A stretch of DNA of 64,000 bases from Eledone cirrhosa (Eukaryota): assembly GCA_964016885.1 (NCBI GenBank), contig OZ024740.1, positions 343,542,001 through 343,606,000 of the forward strand. The letters are read 5' to 3'. The first letter of the stretch is position 1, and the number at the start of each line of letters is the position of its first letter. A program made the position numbers and the translations under genes. The notes under the pieces were generated by a model. It was given only the letters and a program-made list of their open reading frames with translations. It ran no database searches and was not told the DNA's origin. Shown here in pieces: positions 1-13,443 of the stretch.

Positions 1-144
1 GCAATTCCGTGAGAGATTCTAAGAGGAGATGTGTGCCAAAAATCGATAGACAGACAGACAACCACAGTTTTATATATATAGATAAAAGAAAATTTCGATC
101 TATATTGCTGAATACAATAAATGTAATCTGAGTTTTTCGAATAT

Positions 145-250
145 TAATAATTGTTTCTACTTTGGGCACAAGGCCAACAATTACCCAGTACGTTACTGGT
201 ACTTTATTTTATCGACCCCGTGAGGATGAAAGGCAAAGTTAACCTCGGCA
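145..250 (-). mobile_element. tRNA-derived SINE family A, 3' part
   Basis: Matches the repeat ATAATTGTTTCTACTTT.GGCACAAGGCC...TTTTATCGACCCCG.AGGATGAAAGGCAAAGT seen more than 12 times in the window. Confidence 0.85.
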
Positions 251-358
251 TATTAATAATAACATTCGATTCGTTTGAAATTATGCAAACAAGCCTCAAT
301 TTTATAGCCATGTCAATTTTATAACCATGTCAGCCCTTCGGTTGGAGGGCGAACAGAA

Positions 359-402
359 CTGCAGACACTAATGTTTCTGGGTATCACCCTTCATCAGTAC
401 AG
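359..402 (-). ncRNA. type I hammerhead ribozyme motif
   Basis: Minus strand reads CTGTA-CTGATGA-AGGG TGATA CCCA-GAA-ACAT TA GTGT-C-TGCAG; stems I, II and III can pair; GUC cleavage triplet. Confidence 0.75.
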
Positions 403-464
403 ATCACGGTTCACCTGCCAAACTGTCAGAGTTAGTGAAAATATATGGTATTTTCCAAAATAGA

Positions 465-575
465 CAGTGACTGATCGGCCTGATTTTCATATTAGCAGAC
501 TGGCTGATCAGTCAGATCTGCATATTAGCAGATCCACTGATCAGCCAGATTTGCATAATAGCAGACTGGCCAGTC
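465..575. repeat. about three degenerate tandem copies of a ~33-bp unit
   Basis: CTGATC.G.C.GAT.T.CATA.TAGCAGA recurs three times. Confidence 0.7.
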
Positions 576-643
576 AATTTCCTGTATACGAGCGATAAAT
601 GTCCGGCTTTGCCAAATTCAAATAAAAGAAAATTTCGCTCTAC

Positions 644-824
644 ATGGCAGTATCAGTAGAGGGTCGGACGCCATGCTTTCCAGCATAGTTACGTCCCTTT
701 ACGATCTGAGTTCAAATCCCGCCGAGGTTGACTTTGCCTTTCATCCTTACGGGGTCGATAAAATAAAGTACCAGTAATGCACTGGGTAATTGCTGGCCTT
801 GTGCCTAAAGTAGAAACAATTATT
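644..824 (+). mobile_element. tRNA-derived SINE family A, near full length
   Basis: A-box-like TGGCAGTATCAG, B-box GAGTTCAAATCC, body GCCTTTCATCCTTACGGGGTCGATAAAATAAAGTACCAG, 3' end AAACAATTATT. Confidence 0.9.
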
Positions 825-847
825 AATATTCGAAAAACTCAGATTAC

Positions 848-908
<61 letters not shown>

Positions 909-912
<4 letters not shown>

Positions 913-1416
913 TAAACGGAATAGAAAATGCTGACAATTGTTCACAGTTGAAAAATGGTTTAATTAGGAATAAAAGAGTATTAGTGATTGTATGGGTTAG
1001 TATTCAGTTGTGGTTTTAAGTTTTTAAGTTTTTACCGGTTGCGCATTTCTAAATGCTTTTCAAAAATAATTTTGAGATAGAGTGTCCGTGCTGTTTGCTC
1101 TGATCTGATTAGTTTTGGGAATTCTACCTGTTTTTATGTTAAAAAAGTGGCTCCAGCGTTATTTTTGTGTTGCAAAAATGCTTGTGGTCAAAACAATTTT
1201 GATTGGTCGGTAGAGGTCATGTGAATGTAAAAAGTTGATTTTGCTCCAAGACTGTTTTTATGTTAAAAAAGTGGCTCCAGCAAAAATTCTTGGTCAAAAC
1301 AATTTTGATTGGTCGGTAGAGGTCATGTGGATAAAAAATTGGTTTTGCGCCAAGATTGAGAAATACCATTTTTCAACTGTGAACAATTTGTCAGCATTTT
1401 CTATTCCGTTTACCAA
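909..1416. mobile_element. non-autonomous element with ~50-bp terminal inverted repeats in a TA context
   Basis: TTGGTAAACGGAATAGAAAATGCTGACAATTGTTCACAGTTGAAAAATGGT is inverted at ~1365-1416; internal ~95-bp direct duplication (1130-1225 / 1255-1330). Confidence 0.75.
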
Positions 1417-1451
1417 TATATAATAACTTGTGTGTTACACCTCTATTCTTT

Positions 1452-1515
<64 letters not shown>

Positions 1516-1729
1516 TATGTATGTATGTATGTATACGTACATACATATATGTATAAGGACGTACAGTAGTATGTATATATATACATACATGCACACATAT
1601 ATATATGCACGTATCGGTTTACCGAACATTTATTATAATGTTCGGTTTGTTTGTAAACAAACAGCCCGAATTACGCCGTACAGTGTTTAGACAACCACGT
1701 CACCTTTTTGTTCAACACTGACACAGGAA

Positions 1730-1770
1730 CGATGTACTAGTTTCAAGCTTATTAGCTATCGTCAGCATCG
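1730..1770 (-). ncRNA. minimal type I hammerhead ribozyme
   Basis: CGATG-CTGACGA-TAGC TAATAA GCTT-GAA-ACTAGT-A-CATCG; perfect stem I and palindromic stem III. Confidence 0.8.
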
Positions 1771-2337
1771 TATACCTTCCTGCCAGATGGTTGAACGTCT
1801 GAAAGTATATACTCTCCTTATGCATATTAACGTCTGAGCAGCTAATTTGCATATCGAGTGAGTTTAGTCGACTGGGCGCACCGAAACCGATAAATGGAAT
1901 AGAATGAAACGAAATTTCGTTTCTCACTCTTAGTACGGCAGTTACTTAAATGTAAATATGTATGTATGTATACGTACATACATATATGTATACAGACGTA
2001 CAGTAGTATGTATATATATGCATACATGCACACATATATATATGCACGTATCGGTTTACCGAACATTTATTATAATGCTCGGTTTGTTTGTTTGTAAACA
2101 AACAAACAGCCCGAATTACATATATGTGTGTACGTATACATACATACATGCTTACATTTAAGTAAGTGCCGTACTGAGAGTGAGAAATGAAATTTTGTTT
2201 CATTCTATTCCATTTATCGTTTTCGGTGCGCCCGGCCGACTAAACTCACTCGATATGCAAATTAGGCTGCTCAGCCGTTAATATGCATAAGGAAAGTATA
2301 TACTTTCAGACGTTCAACCATCTGTCAGGAAGGTATC

Positions 2338-2378
2338 CGATGCTGACGATAGCTAATAAGGTTGAAACTAGTACATCG
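2338..2378 (+). ncRNA. minimal type I hammerhead ribozyme (mirror copy)
   Basis: CGATG CTGACGA TAGCTAATAAGGTT GAAA CTAG TA CATCG. Confidence 0.75.
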
Positions 2379-2666
2379 TTCCTGTGTCAGTGTTGAACAA
2401 AAAGGTGACGTGGTTGCCTAAACATTGTACGGCGTAATTCGGGCTGTTTGTTTACAAACAAACCGAACATTATAATAAATGTTCGGTAAACCGATACGTG
2501 CATATATATATGTGTGCATGTATGTATATATATACATACTCCTGTACGTATGTATACATATATGTATGTACGTATACATACATACTTACATTTAAGTAAC
2601 TACCGTACTAAGAGTGAGAAATGAAATTTCGTTTCATTCTATTCTCTCTCTCTCTCTCTCTCTCTC

Positions 2667-2730
<64 letters not shown>

Positions 2731-3423
2731 AGAGGTCATATAAGTGTTGAGGTATCGTTTCATTCCTATTCTAAGGCACCCATCTAAGGAATAAGAAACT
2801 ACGATGTAAATAACTCAGAGTATTTGAATCAAGGCAGTAAAAATGCGGAAGACAAAATGACGATTGGACAGTGCAGAGTAAAAAATTGAAATAATCAGAG
2901 AGAGAGAAGGAGAAAACAGAAGAAAGATAAGAGGGGAGAGAACGAAAGAGAGAGGAAGAGAGAGACCAAGATATAGGTAGAATCAATAAAATACAATGTT
3001 ACTGGTTAATCAACCGTCGTTTATTCGAATACTGTAGATGAAGTCATTTACACCATTTTCTAGGGTTTCGCGTTTCCCTCTCCTGGTAGCACGAAGCCCT
3101 AGAAAGATCTTAGAAGACCTGGAATTTAATCCATGAAGATCGGTGATTTGAGTTACAAAGTGTTAAGTATCTTCTTCTCTGGAAACAATGAAAGTTGCCT
3201 GCAGCCGACTGGAACTCAAAATACGCCTGAACAAATAATTCAGCAACTTACCCACTCGGTCATTTTATGTCATCAAAAAACAAAAAACAAAAAAAGGGGT
3301 GGGTGGGTACATGAATGCAAGAATCACGGAGCGACAAGAAAAGCAAATCACGAAAGAGAGAATAGACGGAGTAGGAACGAGGGAATAAGAGAGGGGGTGG
3401 GGAGAGATAAGTACGCACACGCG

Positions 3424-3519
<96 letters not shown>

Positions 3520-3691
3520 TATATGAATATAAATTGAAAGGAAGAGTTAGGGAGTTAGGAAACAGGATGAGAAGGAGTGAGTGTGTGATATACAGGATGT
3601 CTCCCAAAAATATATACACACTTCAACAGCATTCTAATAAATATATGTATACATTATTTTCAGACGATATATATATGTGTGTATGTGTGTG

Positions 3692-3779
<88 letters not shown>

Positions 3780-3854
3780 TATATACATATATATATATGT
3801 GTATGTGTGTGTGTATATATATATAAATATATATATATATAAATACACACACAT

Positions 3855-3890
<36 letters not shown>

Positions 3891-3896
3891 CTACAT

Positions 3897-3964
<68 letters not shown>

Positions 3965-4368
3965 ATATATATAAATGTGTGTGGGGAGGGAATGATAAAA
4001 ATTATCTGGAGAGAAAATGAAAAACAAATGCGTAATGTGTGAGTAAACGGCAAATTTTGATTGGCTGACCGACGTTCTAATTTGTAGCCATGTTTTTTCA
4101 TTCGGCAGTTTCTTTCCTCTCTCGTCCAGTCTTTCATTCTACGCCTACTGCTGCATTTCTCTTCTTCTTTGCTTCTATTTTCCCTTGCTCTGCGTCCGAA
4201 ACAGCGACAGATGGATGCTGATATAAATACAGACAATGTGAGAAAAAGAAACTAGAAATCATGTCAATATCAAGCGGGCCAACTTCATCTTTATTCTCCA
4301 GGCATCTCTACATCTTTTGTATCACCGCTTTATTCTGACGTCAAATCAGGATCTCACCCCCCCCCCTG

Positions 4369-4431
<63 letters not shown>

Positions 4432-4541
4432 TGTATGTTATATAGATAAATAGATTTATAGATAGACAGACGTATAGATAGATAGATACATAGATATGTA
4501 GGTAGCTAGATTGTTGGATGAATCGATAGATATGTAGGTAT

Positions 4542-4581
<40 letters not shown>

Positions 4582-5004
4582 ATTGTTATATAAATAGATT
4601 GATAGATAGGTAGGTAGATAGATAGATAGATTTCATTCTTTTCTCGTCTTGCTTTCATATCTTCACTTGTCCTCTCGCACTTATTTCCGCCGTCCGACCT
4701 TTCAACCGGCAACTTCATCATTTTTTTTTCAGGACAGCTACTTTTTGTTTGTTTGTTGCTTCTCTCTTCTTTCTTTCTTTCTTTTTTGTCTTCTTTCTCT
4801 CTCCCTCTCTCCATCTTCTGTATTTTTTCTCTCTTTGATTGCTTTATTCTTTTTTTTGTTCTTTCTTTCTATCTTTTCATTCTTTGATTTGTACTTTATG
4901 ATAATTATCATTTATCTATTTGTTTTCTTTCTTTCTTTCTTTTTTCTTTCTTTTTTTCTGTCTGTCTTTCTTTCCTTCTTTTTTTTCTTTCCTTCTTTCT
5001 TTTT

Positions 5005-5060
<56 letters not shown>

Positions 5061-5454
5061 ACATTGCTTCTTAAATCGCTTCTTTTTCTCTTTCTCTTTG
5101 TTTCCCCTGGTAGACCACCGCAGGATTTACACTCAGAATTCAGAACTCAAAGAGTCAGAACATATACAGCAGAGTAACTCACAAGATGTTATATGGATTC
5201 CGCCAAGCCATCGACATTGACATGGTTAGTACTTTATTTTATCAACCCTGGAAGGATTGACGGAATAGTTGATTTCAGCGAACTTAAGTCTGCTGGGGTA
5301 AGGTTAATCTGGAAGCAGAGAAAAACACGTTCCTTTGTGTACAAGGGTGAAATGTCCATAGGCTGATCAAAATACTCTCATGGAAAGACCAAATAAGGTT
5401 TATTTTTCAATATAGTTCCTGGAAAGAAACAATGCAATTATTAATGTTGAAATT

Positions 5455-5630
5455 AATTGTTTCTAATTTTGGCATAAGGCCAGCAATAACCAGTACATTA
5501 CTGGTACTTTATTTTATCGACCCCGCAAGGATGAAAGGCAAAGTTAACCTCGGTGGGATTTGAACTCAGTCTGTCAAGAGATGTAACTATGCTGGAAAGC
5601 ATGGCGTCCGACTCTCTATCGATACTACCA
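5455..5630 (-). mobile_element. tRNA-derived SINE family A
   Basis: Same body and reverse B-box GGATTTGAACTC. Confidence 0.85.
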
Positions 5631-6230
5631 AACCGCATTCAAGATTGCATGATTCTAGCATTAACCCTTCATAGTCATCTTATGGACATTTCAGCCGACG
5701 CACGAATCTCCGTGTTGTTACACATTTGCACAGCCACGATTCATGAGAACGTCATTATATTTCTCCACATAGGATTTGCTGCAACAATCTAAATCCACAT
5801 ATACACAGTCAACAACTCAAATAATAAATAATAGAAATATAGCTTATTTGTACAGAGAAGGATATTTCTACATAGGAAAGTAATTCTTGTAATTTTTATT
5901 GATGATATCTTTGCTGGTATTTATTGAATTTAATCTAATTTTCATTAACATTTATATAAACGAGATGAAATTTGGTTTGTATAAACCCCATGAACTAAAG
6001 TACATTCAACAAAATCATGGGCAGCAACGTAGAAACCATACTCTTCGTCCTTAATACTCGCAAACCCCTGTTTATGTATGCACATATGCAAGTTATATAT
6101 ATATATGTAAGTAATATATATATATATATATATATGTAGGAGGTGAGTTTTATTGTAGTACAATAAAGCAATGCAGATATCGGATAAGTAGCACTCTACA
6201 GTTTGTAGGACTGGAGTATAAATAATATAT

Positions 6231-7133
6231 AAGATCAAAAGATGGTTAAAAGAGTTCCATGTATTTTATTATGCGCATTTCAAAAACAAATATCATCATG
6301 CGATGACATTTGCGTTTTTGTCAGATAAAATAGGGAGACATGATATGAAGGTTAAAAAACACTTGTGAATAGTGCAGTTTTAAATCAACATATGAAAAAT
6401 AGTTTTAGATTGATGTGTGATATTTTAAAAAAAATTGAAGGGGGAGGGGGTTGGAAAGGATGAAAAAGGGGAGGAGATGAGAGTAAAGAATGAAGGGGGA
6501 GGAGTATAATAAGGAAGGATGAGATAGGAGGAGAGATGGGTGATAGAGAGAGAGAGAGATAGCTTTTATAACTGAGAAAAATATATTGTTTTACAGAGAG
6601 AGGTTAAAAAACCGTTGGAAGATAATATATAAATTAAAAGAATTTGATAATTAACGAAAAGAAAAATTTAAGAATAATATACAAACCCTACTAACATTAT
6701 TCTTAAATTTTTCTCTTCGTTAATTTTCAAATTCTTTTAATTTATATATTATCTTCCAACGGTTTTTTTCACCTCTCTCTGTAAAACAATATATTTTTCT
6801 CAGTTATAAAAGCTATCTCTCTCTCTCTATCACCCATCTCTCCTCCTATCTCATCCTTCCTTATTATACTCCTCCTCCTCCATTCTTTACTCTCAACTCC
6901 TCCCCTTTTTTATCCTTCCAACCCCCCTTCAATTTTTTTCCCAATATCATACATCAATCTAAAACTACTTTTCATATGTTGATTTAAAACTGCACTATTC
7001 ACAAGTGTTTTTTAACCTTCATATCATGTCTCCCTATTTTATCTGACGAAAACGCAAACGTCATCCCATGATGATATTTGTTTTTGAAATGCGCATAATA
7101 AAATACATGGAACTCTTTTAACCATCTTTTGAT

Positions 7134-7136
<3 letters not shown>
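6231..7136. mobile_element. ~900-bp fold-back palindrome inserted in (TA)n, HHR-bearing
   Basis: 6231-6678 is the diverged reverse complement of 6697-7136, with an ~18-bp spacer. Confidence 0.85.
7035..7104 (+). ncRNA. type I hammerhead ribozyme with long stem II
   Basis: TATTTTAT-CTGACGA-AAACGCAAACGTCATC CCAT GATGATATTTGTTTTT-GAA-ATGCGCAT-A-ATAAAATA; the mirror copy at ~6262-6332 has a core mutation (CTGACAA). Confidence 0.8.
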
Positions 7137-7221
<85 letters not shown>

Positions 7222-8388
7222 CTCATAATAGTGAGTGATGGGGAGTTTGGTTCCTGGTGTATATGTATACATTTACCACACATACACACATTTAAATAAA
7301 CTTTCCTGAATTACAGAAATGAGTAAGTAAATTCTTCATTAATTCATAAACCAATGGTAAATTTATTTTTTTATTTTATTTTATCTATGCTTTTTAAAAT
7401 AGCCTTCACATTAGTTTGAATTTCAGAGATCCTGATTGTGCCCCCCCCCCAAAAAAAAAGGATAAATAATATCTAAATTAATTAATTTATTTATTTATTT
7501 ATTTATTTATTTATTTTTTGATCATGCCCTTTTCACTGACAACATACCTAATGATTCTTCGAAGTGCAAAGCATTATATAAGCTGACTGTGATAGGGAGC
7601 AGTATTAAAAAAATCACCACTGGACAAAACTAATAATATTTTTATCTACATGGTTTGCTTTAAACAAACGGCAATAACTATTCTGCTATAATTCCTACTT
7701 TAGTTAAAATTCAACAATCATATTTCAATGGTCAAATATTGTAACTTTAATAAAATACCCGGGGATCACCGGTCTTTGTTATTGTTTTTGTTTATTTGTA
7801 TTTTACTTCTATATATATATATGCTTTTTGTATTTTACTTCTATATATTCATATATTCATATACATATGAGCATACATACATTATGAGCAAATGGGGGCC
7901 CACGCGCTGGCCACCCAGCGGCCCCGGGTGTCAGAATAGAGGATGGTGAGGGAGACGTACTGGAAAATCAATTCCGGCTTGCGAGGCTCACCCTGATGGT
8001 GGTGAGTTGGGAGGTAGCTTTAGAGCCAAGGACACCAGAAGTCCCCATTGCTCAACAACAAACCTGTCGGAGAGCGACCGATATTTGGAGAGTTTACGCT
8101 CCTTGGCCCAAAGTGCGACAGGGCGTGGGTTAATTAAAATTTTTACACTAGCTTTCACCAACTTTTACCTCAATGGCAGTAGGATCTTGTTTGAGGAAGA
8201 TTTGTTTTCTATCTCTTTTAGTTACACCAGCTTCCATGACATATATATACACATACATATATATACATATATATATATGAATACATATTTATATATATAC
8301 AAACACATATACATACACACATATACATACCTATATATAAATATACATACATATACCTACATGTACATATACACATATATATATATAC

Positions 8389-8466
<78 letters not shown>

Positions 8467-9145
8467 ATATACACATACAAATATATATATATATATAAAT
8501 ATATTTGCATGTGTGTGTTTATTTTGCTAATATTTTTAGTAGATCGAGGTGTCACATACAACATTTCCTTTTTGCTTCATATATATATATAGTGATAAAC
8601 ACACACACACTTGTCTCTAATTTAAGAACACCGACACACACACGCGCGCGTGCTCACATGCTCACATACACACAGAGTCTAATTACGACTTTTGTGAAAG
8701 AGAGAGAGAAATAGAAGTAACGTTAAGAAAAGAGTTATTTAAGAAGCGTTTAAAAATAAATAAATGAAAGTTAGTTATCGAACTATGCAATCATTTTTCT
8801 GTTTTCTTTCTCTCTCTTCCCTAATCCCCCTCTCTCTCTCCTCCCCTCTCTTTCTCTCTTATCTCCTCGCTCTCATCCACTTCCTCCCTTTCTCTACAGA
8901 ATGAAGAACAAATAACAAATAAGTTGTTCGTTTTTAAGGACTGAGTTGTGGGAGGAGGAAGAGGAGTGGTGGGGGGAAGGTTTAATGTTCCCAGGGGTTC
9001 CATTATTGATTTTTATTGAAATCCAATTAGCATGTCCTCTTTCTGAATATTAGCTTAACATATGTGTACAGTTTCATCAGGATCGGATCACTGGTTTAGA
9101 CGCCAACTGGTTACTCACAGACAGACAGAAAATGCCTTTTATATA

Positions 9146-9196
<51 letters not shown>

Positions 9197-9446
9197 TAAA
9201 CAGGGGCTGTATAGTTTCTGGATAAGGTGTACTTATAAAAAGAGGAAAGCAAGAACGGGAGAAAGCTTTTCTTCATCAGTTGTGTGCTGGGGGTCTTGGA
9301 CATTTCAGCACATTAAAGACAATATGTCTCATCCCAGGGCGTCAATAACTCAAGGAAGTTATTTGAAAAAAAAGGGAAGGAGAGAGAAAGAAATAGTAAC
9401 AGAAGGGACGAGGGAAGAAAAAGGAAAAAACAGCGAAAAAAAAAAA

Positions 9447-9682
9447 TATAATAGAAAAAACGACGAAGTTTCGTTTACATATCAAAAAATATTTAATGCG
9501 CATCGACCTGTTACACGCGTTTTGCAGAGGATTAGCTCAAGATGACCAACAGGAGTATGGACCCGACTGGTGATGCAACATGGGACCCCTTGAGTTAATC
9601 CTCTGCGAAACGCGTGTAAAAATACACGTGCAATAAATATTTTTCATATGTAAACGAAACTTCCTCGTTTTTTTCTATTATA
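9447..9682. mobile_element. MITE-like element with ~95-bp imperfect inverted arms
   Basis: TATAATAGAAAAAACGACGAAGTTTCGTTTACATAT...GAGGATTAGCTCAAG is inverted at 9589-9682; TA ends. Confidence 0.7.
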
Positions 9683-9769
9683 TACACTCTGCCTGTACAT
9701 AGAGTGCTTGATTTGGTACCAACACTAGTATTTCACCGTATTATCTACACACTATATATACATATATAT

Positions 9770-9803
<34 letters not shown>

Positions 9804-9932
9804 TCATACACACAAACACACACATATATATATATATGTATTTATATACATATACATAAACATATGCATACATATACATACATATATACACCCATGTATA
9901 CGAAGACGTATAATATACATACATGCATTCAT

Positions 9933-9979
<47 letters not shown>

Positions 9980-9982
<3 letters not shown>

Positions 9983-10531
9983 TTATACTTTGAGAGGGTC
10001 ATGTTGCCAATAAGAAACACACGCACCAGTTGCATTCACTTCAATTTATTATAAATTAAATTTATAAATTTAGGCATTTATCAATTTCTGGTTGGTTGGT
10101 TGGTTCCACAACCAGACGACTGTTCATATATTGTCAAAGTTCTTTCGTCATAAATAAACAAATATAACCACACACAGACACCCGGATGTAACACATGCGC
10201 AAACTAAGCACACAACACACACAAAAACAAGATGGCGTAGGACAGAACAAAGGAGAGGCACAAAAACAAAGAAAAGAATCCCCAGTCACTGAAGAGGTCA
10301 CATAATGTGTGACGAAAGAACTTTGACAATATATGAACAATCGTCTGGTTGTGGAACCAACCGGAAATTTATAAATTCTTAAATTTATAAATTTAATTTA
10401 TAATAAAATGAAGTGAAAACACTGGTGCGTGTGTTTCTTATTGGCAACATGACCCTCACAAAGCATAACAATATCGGTTTCAACACACGTTTTCAGATAA
10501 AGAATCTTGCTAAACAAATTCAGAAACGAAA
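9980..10531. mobile_element. palindromic pLTR-only derivative of the PLE at 41.7-51.5 kb
   Basis: Both ends match the PLE 3' terminus (CTTATTGGCAACATGACCCTC...) pointing outward into (TA)n; HHR at 10285-10327 (+). Confidence 0.9.
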
Positions 10532-10678
10532 TATATATATACACACATACATATATATGTATAGCTATATAAATACATATTTATATATATACAAACACAT
10601 GTACATACACACATATACATATATATATATAAATATACATACATATACCTACATATGCATATACACATATATATACAT

Positions 10679-10808
<130 letters not shown>

Positions 10809-10890
10809 GTTATTCCGGGTTGAATCGGAGGTAACCACAGTAAGTAAGGTACTCAATACATAGCAGAGTATAAAAGTTTTAATATAGATG

Positions 10891-10941
10891 AGATTCTACA
10901 GGACTAGAACTGTTTCATTCTTTAGAAATCATCAGGAATCT
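10891..10941 (-). ncRNA. type I hammerhead ribozyme in a 140-bp insert between (TA)n tracts
   Basis: AGATTC-CTGATGA-TTTC TAAA GAAT-GAA-ACAG TTCTAGTC CTGT-A-GAATCT. Confidence 0.8.
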
Positions 10942-11134
10942 GGGTATCATATATTTATATATATATATATATAAATATACATATACATATACCTATATAC
11001 ATACATATATGTACATATACATATCTACACATACATACACATATATACATATATACATATATAGATATATACATATATACACATACACACATGCGTACGC
11101 ATATATACTTACACATATATGCATATATACATAT

Positions 11135-11168
<34 letters not shown>

Positions 11169-11282
11169 GAAAAAGTAAGACCCCGACGGCAGAGCTCAAG
11201 CCGTTTCGACGGCTATTTCTGAACTCAGAAATAGCCTTCGAAACGGCTTGACCTCTCTGCCGTCGGGGTCTTACTTTTTCCT
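11169..11282. mobile_element. hairpin element family H (half-hammerhead palindrome) in (TA)n
   Basis: GAAAAAGTAAGACCCCGACGGCAGAGCTCAAGCCGTTTCGA... is mirrored about 11222; related copies at 19.6, 19.8, 22.8, 23.1, 37.4, 40.2 and 62.5 kb. Confidence 0.85.
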
Positions 11283-11355
11283 ATATATATATATAGGAAA
11301 AAGTAAAAATCTGTTATTTTAATAAATATATATATATATAGATACAAATACACAT

Positions 11356-11466
<111 letters not shown>

Positions 11467-12001
11467 TATATACACACATATATATATATATATATACAAA
11501 TACGCATAAACATACATACATACAAACAACGTACATATATGTGTGTGTGTGTGTCTAATAAATAATTCTCATACAGCTTAGAATGAATAAAATCCCCATC
11601 ATCATCGTATCAAAAATAGAGATAATAGTGACTTCAGATGAGAAACTTCGCCGACATTATCAGTTTTGCCAGCAGTGGCAAACAGTCTCATGTCGACCTG
11701 AGGACACAGCTATCTCACATTTGTCATAAATATCCTTGATAATGTCTCACTACACATCAACGTTAAAACTGAGTCACAGCCGACGTCACATTGCGTTCAA
11801 TGCAATAACTTTAAATACACACATACATAAATGCATACACATATTCATACATACATGCATACATGCATGTAATACATAAATACATACATGCATATATGCA
11901 TGTATATATGTATGTATGCGTGTATGTATATATGTAAGTATTTATGCATGTGTATATGTATGTAATGCACATATGTACGTATGTATGCATGATATGTATA
12001 T

Positions 12002-12072
<71 letters not shown>

Positions 12073-12084
12073 TATATATACATC

Positions 12085-12134
<50 letters not shown>

Positions 12135-12150
12135 TATATATATACATCTT

Positions 12151-12214
<64 letters not shown>

Positions 12215-12223
12215 TATATATAC

Positions 12224-12284
<61 letters not shown>

Positions 12285-12300
12285 TATATATATACATCTT

Positions 12301-12383
<83 letters not shown>

Positions 12384-12831
12384 GTTTACATACGTACATA
12401 TGTGCATTACATACATGTATACATGCATAAATACTTACATATATACATACACGCATACATGCATATATACATGCATATATACATGCATGTATACATGCAC
12501 ACATAATACAAGCATAGAGACATACATATATAATTCCTACATGCATACATATATATACATATATACATGCATGCATACAAACCTACCTAACTACCTACCT
12601 ACTTATCTATCTATCTACCTACCTACATACAGACATATACATATATTCATATACGCATTCTTATCTACTTACATATATACATACACGCACACATACATGC
12701 ATACATACACACATGCATGTATACATAAATACATGCATACATGCACTCCTACCTACATACATAATTACATATATATATACATGCACCCATACACACATTC
12801 GTACATATATACATACATATATATACATATA

Positions 12832-13443
12832 TGGTGGCTGCCAACTCGTTTTCGAGTACGGCCACTACTTTATATCCATGTAGGAGAACCCCTACCGATG
12901 CGCTGAACGAGTGTGACTTTTTAGTCCAGCCAGCGACTTGAAAACTCTGGTACAAACACTGCACCTGTGACAATTATTGACACATAGTGCTGGGCCCATG
13001 GTGCCATGTAACGACAAGTGCAGAGAGGTCTCCAGATATAAATGTGCCGTGAAGCTTTTATAGTGAGCAAAGGCACTGCACAAAGCCAGTCCCACTCTCT
13101 TAACCAAGATGATATTTACCAAAAAGAAGAACAAGTCAACATCATTGGATACCATCAGGGTTGCAGGTGTTATATCAGAGTTTTCCTTCTCCTAGAATTC
13201 TGCCTTGACAAAGGCTAAGGGGTCATCTCTCCCGGTGATTTTGGATGGCCATTTATGTCAGGTCACCAGTTGGTGCTACTGGTAACATGTATCCCAGCAC
13301 AACCTGTCTCATGGTCGGGTCGTTGGCGACTAAAATGGCAACCCCACTAAGGTTTCTTGGTGAGGAGGGTGACTTTGGACATCCTGCAGGACTAAAAACA
13401 AAACCTGTCAAAGGGAAAAGGAGCTCTTAAGAGTCAATGACCA
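12832..13443 (-). mobile_element. non-autonomous RTE-like retroelement with an inverted 5' segment
   Basis: 12832-13252 is the reverse complement of 34905-35330, while 13282-13443 matches 34748-34911 in direct orientation; 3' end encodes CSVCTRVFKSLAGLKSHTR. Confidence 0.8.

Larger units (their letters stand above)
1514..2645. mobile_element. palindromic insert made of a ~435-bp HHR-bearing tandem unit (PLE pLTR / retrozyme-like)
   Basis: 1514-2120 is the reverse complement of ~2125-2590; within each arm the unit partly repeats (2161 vs 2595); flanked by (TA)n and (CT)n(TA)n. Confidence 0.8.

Noticed and set aside
644-730. tRNA gene
   Set aside because: The A/B boxes belong to a SINE head; no cloverleaf
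3000-3260. Unique sequence that might be an exon
   Set aside because: No sustained frame or recognisable motif
1514-7136. Palindromes as long-read chimera artefacts
   Set aside because: The arms are diverged and asymmetric, and endpoints recur across independent loci
9200-9290. Minus-strand CTGATGAAG...GAAAC
   Set aside because: Stems I and III do not pair convincingly; at best a decayed motif
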